A stretch of DNA of 64,000 bases, from NCBI GenBank assembly GCA_002269645.1, contig NIVC01001154.1, positions 124,001-188,000 of the forward strand, read 5' to 3'. Made by a program: the position numbers and the translations under genes. Each line of letters begins with the position of its first letter. The stretch's first letter is position 1. This stretch comes from Macrostomum lignano. Its lineage: Eukaryota. The notes below the pieces were generated by a model. That model was not told the origin of the DNA, searched no databases, and saw only the letters and a program-made list of their open reading frames with translations. Positions 56,901 to 64,000 of the stretch are shown piece after piece.

Positions 56901-58412
56901 CGCTCGGACGGCCAGTTGGACAATCCGCACTTTGTCTGCGTCAGGCCGGACGGAGCGTCTGCCTTGGTGTTCGTGTCCGACAGCAACAACAACCGGGTGC
57001 AGGTGGGGTCTAGAATTCAAATTGGCGCGATTCTAATTTGCCTGCACACTTACTAGTACTAAGTTACTAGTCTCTTACTAGTAATCTAGTGCCCACTTCG
57101 GGGCGCCTAGCAAGCAAGCGACGAAAATATATTTATGTGAATCCTATTTGCCTTGACACCTAAAGCAATTCCCCCAGTAAGCCTTGACATCTCAACAATT
57201 CCCCCAGTTAGCCTTGACATCTCTGTAGTTCCCCCAGTAAGCCTTGACATCTCAACAATTTCTCCAGTAAGCCTTGACATCTCAACGATTCCCCCTGTAA
57301 GCCTTGACATCTCTGTAGTCCCCCCAGTAAGCCTTGACATCTCAACAATTCCCCCAGTAAGCCTTGACATCTCGACGATTCCCCCAGTAAGCCTTGACAT
57401 CTCAACAATTCCCCCAGTAAGCCTTGACATCTCAACAATTCCCCCAGTAAGCCTTGACATCTAGACGATTCCCCCTGTAAGCCTTGACATCTCTGTAGTC
57501 CCCCCAGTAAGCCTTGACATCTCAACAATCCCCCAGTTAGCCTTGACATCTCTGTAGTTCCCCCAGTAAGCCTTGACATCTCGACGATTCCCCCTGTAAG
57601 CCTTGACATCTCGACGATTCCCCCTGTAAGCCTTGACATCTCGACGATTCCTCCTGTAAGCCTTGACATCTCAACAATTCCCCCCCCTCCCAGTAAGACT
57701 TGACATCCTAGACATCCATCACCCAGCAGACACCTGTATGACAGAATCTAGATGTATAACTTAGATAATACATGTACAGATGTCCTATGTATAATCAAGA
57801 GATATCCGTGTCCCCCAATCTAGAGATATACAGGAACCCTGTTCCCCAATCAATATCCCTGTCCCCTAATCTAGAGATACCTGTCCTACAATCTAGAGAT
57901 ATCCCTGTTCCCTATCTAGTGATGACCATGACACCCCGATCCAGCAATGCATGCATGTGCCCTGTCAACAGTCTTGAGAACTACTGCTAAATCTATACAT
58001 GTAGAGGACTATTACATATACATATGCATTTAGTGAACTACGACACTATACATGTAAAATAATGCTCTCGAAGCCACGGACGTGTAAAAACTATAAAACT
58101 CACAATATTAAACTTCAGGCCTTCGAAAGTACCGATGGCGGCTTCCGTTTCAAATTCGGCGTCGAAGGCTCCGGCGCCGGCCAGATGCGTCATCCGCGCG
58201 GCCTCGCCTGCGACTCAGCCGGCCGCATCATCGTGGTGGATGCTGGCAATAGCCGGCTGCAGGTTTACCAGCGGGACGGCGCCTTCCTCTGCCACTGGGG
58301 CGCCACAGGGCGCCGGCCCGGCTGTTTTAAAGGCGCCGAAGGAATCGCCGCGCTGCCGGACGGCCGGCTGGCGGTCACCGACCGGGACAACAACCGGGTG
58401 CAGCTGTTTTGA
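47981..58412 (+). CDS. TRIM-NHL-type protein (RING, coiled coil, polyQ, six NHL repeats), ~781 aa; exons 47981-49393, 49537-49902, 56730-57002, 58119-58412
   Basis: CPVC..LPCQHTFC..C..CPLC RING; heptad-like helical region; NHL repeats (PRGIA..LFVADSNNHRLQ; PWGAAV..YVADKKNHRVQ; PRGLA..VDAGNSRLQ; VTDRDNNRVQLF); three phase-0 GT-AG introns. Confidence 0.88.
50767..51162 (-). pseudogene. Crypton-type tyrosine recombinase N-terminal fragment
   Basis: NVSRFKTFL..LLRIPKSILANYLRFFYSTLRTKDERPCSRSS resembles the F..FL..IP..L..YL..FY..LR.KDG..YS.SSL pattern of animal Cryptons and their domesticated relatives; catalytic C-terminus absent. Confidence 0.55.
52008..52575 (+). mobile_element. Internally deleted Tc1/IS630-like element (~190-bp TIRs, TA TSD) nested in the P element
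   Basis: TA|TTGGTTTTTG...CAAAAACCAA|TA; interior encodes MANQLRLTSNEDRERLVNA..YAATGEFHALQR, homologous to the N-terminus of the 39489 transposase, whose element shares the same TTGGTTTTTG end. Confidence 0.88.
52649..55597 (-). CDS. THAP-domain P-element transposase (THAP9-like), ~865 aa as reconstructed; exons 55597-55462, 55313-55166, 55061-53119, 53016-52649; two 1-nt frameshifts in this copy
   Basis: MPRKCCVQSC..FP...W and AVCEKHW (THAP); LLFDEM, VCDNHPTN, DMVHLLKSIRNNW, NTDPLEGEFGVYRQMSGGNY (P transposase core); extra A at ~55545 and one missing base near ~53545. Confidence 0.85.
57150..57710. repeat. Minisatellite, 27-bp unit (CCCCAGTAAGCCTTGACATCTCAACAA), ~20 copies, TRIM-NHL intron 3
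   Basis: Direct tandem copies; source of the spurious MSRLTGGIVE ORFs. Confidence 0.95.
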
Positions 58413-58579
58413 ATTAATCTATTTTCTTTTCATCTGTTGTGGTTATTTCTATTGCCCATTGCCCTCCCTATACAGTTGTGCGTTGATGAGGCTTTCTTTT
58501 TATACACTGCATGCTTATCATGAGCTGCTTTGATATCACATTGAATGGCATACATGCTCTTCGTGTTCTTTTTCTAGAT

Positions 58580-58790
58580 GTTTTGGGCTGTGTTCTCGAC
58601 TCTTGTTGGGTGTTCAGGGCTGTGTTGTCGACTCTTGTTGGGTGTTCAGGGCTGTGTTCTTGACTCCTGTGGGTGTTTAGGGCTGTGTTCTTGACTCCTG
58701 TGGGTGTTTAGGGCTGTGTTCTCGACTCTTGTTGGGTGTTCAGGGCTGTGTTCTCTCTCTAATTGTTGGGTGTTCAAAGCGGTGTTCTCA
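58580..58790. repeat. Minisatellite, ~32-bp unit (GGGCTGTGTTCTCGACTCTTGTTGGGTGTTCA), ~6 copies
   Basis: Direct tandem copies downstream of the TRIM-NHL stop. Confidence 0.85.
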
Positions 58791-60661
58791 CTTCTCTGGG
58801 TGCTTAGACCTGTGTTTAGACTTTAGATGTATCGATAAGTGCTTCGACAAGCGCATATACATTTCGCAGGCAAGCACAGGTACATGCAAGATTAAAAAGT
58901 TACTGGACTAGCACAGTTTTATCACATATCGCTTGTAGTTCTGCTGCGATCCAAGTCACTTTCACGTTCACTTTGATTTTTAATCATGTATCAAAATATG
59001 TATCAAAAAACAAATAGCGCTCAGTGCTCATTGGCGCCCATGGCATAAGGGCTTTGTTGTGCTTGCTTGAGATGCTTATTTTCAAACCCAACTGCCTATT
59101 CGCTATCTTATGATGCAACATGATGGCGCGACTACAAGGCGCGCAAAAGTTACGATTTTATTTTTTTACAAGTCAAATTGCCAATTTTCATAGAAATATA
59201 TTAATACAAACAATATAAGCACTATTCAACGTTTACTATTAATATGAAGACGACTTTGTGTTTAACAGATCTAATCTACGATCCAGCAAGTCACCGAGCT
59301 TGTGACTGTGAGTGAATGCGCGGGCGCTTAAAGAAATTTTAAATCGAGTTAACAAAAAGCAGAGTTTTTTTTCTCAAACTACATTGTTTTATTCAGTACG
59401 CTTACTTACGCGTGTGTAGCATTTGTAAGTAGTATATCAACAACAATTCTAGCCGCAAAAGAGAAAGAATTCACGCTTTAAATCAAAGCATAGTCAACCA
59501 GAATACAATGTTAGCTAAGAAAAAGTGTAATTATAACGAAGCTTATAATTAATTAACCTGTGTGCCGCGTCAACTCGATCAGGCTATCAATAATCAGGCT
59601 TAAATAAGTAGAGCAGATGGGATTAGCAATAATTGATCACATACATATAGAGGGATTAACAGAAGCTCGCTAGAGAGTAGGAGATTCTCATTTTATCATC
59701 ATAAAACTTTGTATAAAACAGTTTAGCAGCGTAACAATTAGCGTCAATTACGTTAACAATCAAGTTTAAATAAATGAAAAATATCTACACAGGAGGGTAC
59801 AAAGCGGGAGTGAATTCATTATTATAAGAAATGATAATGTTAAACAATTAGAAGCAAGCGATGGCATGCGTCCTGTAAAATGTTTTAGACCGAATCAGTT
59901 TTTGGACTTAGCGTAGCATATTTCAATAATGATACAAACAATGGGCACAAAGCAGAGAACTGGAAAATTGAAAAAGCGGATGTCTACTACAGCTACTAAC
60001 AGTAGTCGGGCTGAGAGTTTCTCCTGAGAGAAGCCCCCATAATTAGCATCGATTGGCTACTGAAGATTCCTTAATTCCTTAGTTCTAGTTCTAGAGTGAA
60101 CCAAAGAGTCCTCTATGCAAGCTTCGCTCCTCAGTTAAACTGACACGGGAGATCTCGCATTGGCAAACAAAGCTTGAAACTTTATTCAAGCAAAATAAGT
60201 CTTTTTCACTCTATCCAAAAACCGACGCCGTAGGTTTAAAAAAAAGATTTCTAGGATCGCCGATAGTTCTTAGTTCGAGAGTACTGCTCTAATACATCAG
60301 TGTTAGTCTATTTCATCAATGCAATCGGTTGAACATGTCCAGGGTGGTGTCTGTGCACTGCAGCTTAAACAGTTTTTACCATAGACAACTAAGGGACCTT
60401 CAGTAGCCAATCAATGCAAACGGGGGCATCGCGGAGCAAAATCGCACCCCCAAATTTAAAGCAGACGGTCAATCCATGATTTCGTCTATGGCCTAAACCA
60501 ACAGCATAACTGATGCCCGCAACTGCTATGGCCTAGACGCCAAACATGTACATAAACACTGTTTTTATATTCCTTCACCCGTGCCTATCGCACGCTCCCA
60601 TAAAGTTAAACAGTCACGTGACCCCCATCGAACCAAGCAAAAACTCTAAATTAATGTAGCT

Positions 60662-63664
<3,003 letters not shown>

Positions 63665-64000
63665 ACTGCTGGACGTGCTGTATGAGTGCGAAGACCACGC
63701 CAGCTTTGCTGAATTGAATGCAGTCGGGTTAGAAGTTTAAGCATCATTGACTTTAGTCATTCTTAGACTTGAATTTATCTTAGCCTCAATTTTGTTTGAA
63801 CTCTATTCTGGGTTTTTAAGCATCAAAATCACTGTTGCAATCCTAAGTCCAAAATTAGGATGCCAACTGGGCATCTATCAAAAAGGTCAAAATCAAATAA
63901 ATATCAACATCTCTACCCTACCCTTTACATTGGAGAAGTCTGCAGACTCCATGTTGATGCTTCAAATGAAATATGAATTAAAGAAAATTAATGGAACTTT

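Noticed and set aside
57107-57669. MSRLTGGIVE / RCQGLLGE repeat ORFs
   Set aside because: Translations of the 27-bp intronic minisatellite.

Overview
AT-rich animal (metazoan) genomic DNA with GC-rich exons and spliceosomal GT-AG introns. The style would fit a free-living flatworm such as Macrostomum, but that is inference only. Host genes: RPL17 (-, intronless CDS), a cofilin/ADF (+, 2 exons), NELF-E (-, 3 exons), kappaB-Ras/NKIRAS (+, 5 exons), a RING/coiled-coil/NHL (TRIM-NHL) gene (+, 4 exons) and PBX/extradenticle (-, 3 exons). Bases 11069-31489 are a young Ty3/Gypsy LTR element (A; 573-bp LTRs, CTAG TSD, -1 frameshift gag/pol, extra acidic ORF). Its pol is split by a second young LTR element (B, 13761-25594; ~1052-bp LTRs). 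Element B is the standout. A class-III-like (gB/chuvirus-type) envelope glycoprotein with internal signal peptide, furin site and TM anchor sits between Gag and protease, in frame with pol. Its cytoplasmic tail carries clustered LYPxI, PTAP and PPxY late-domain motifs. Two double-RING accessory ORFs follow integrase, one starting with an N-myristoylation motif (MGNAQS). The breaks in B's coding region look like single-base homopolymer deletions, so B may encode one ~2440-codon Gag-Env-PR-RT-RH-IN polyprotein. TRIM-NHL intron 2 holds three nested DNA transposons: Crypton-like > long-TIR P/Galileo-like with three introns > Tc1-like MITE. There are also a dead Tc1/IS630-like element, a tRNA-derived SINE (2 copies), MITEs and several private minisatellites. 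All protein-family calls come from motif recognition by eye, not from database searches.
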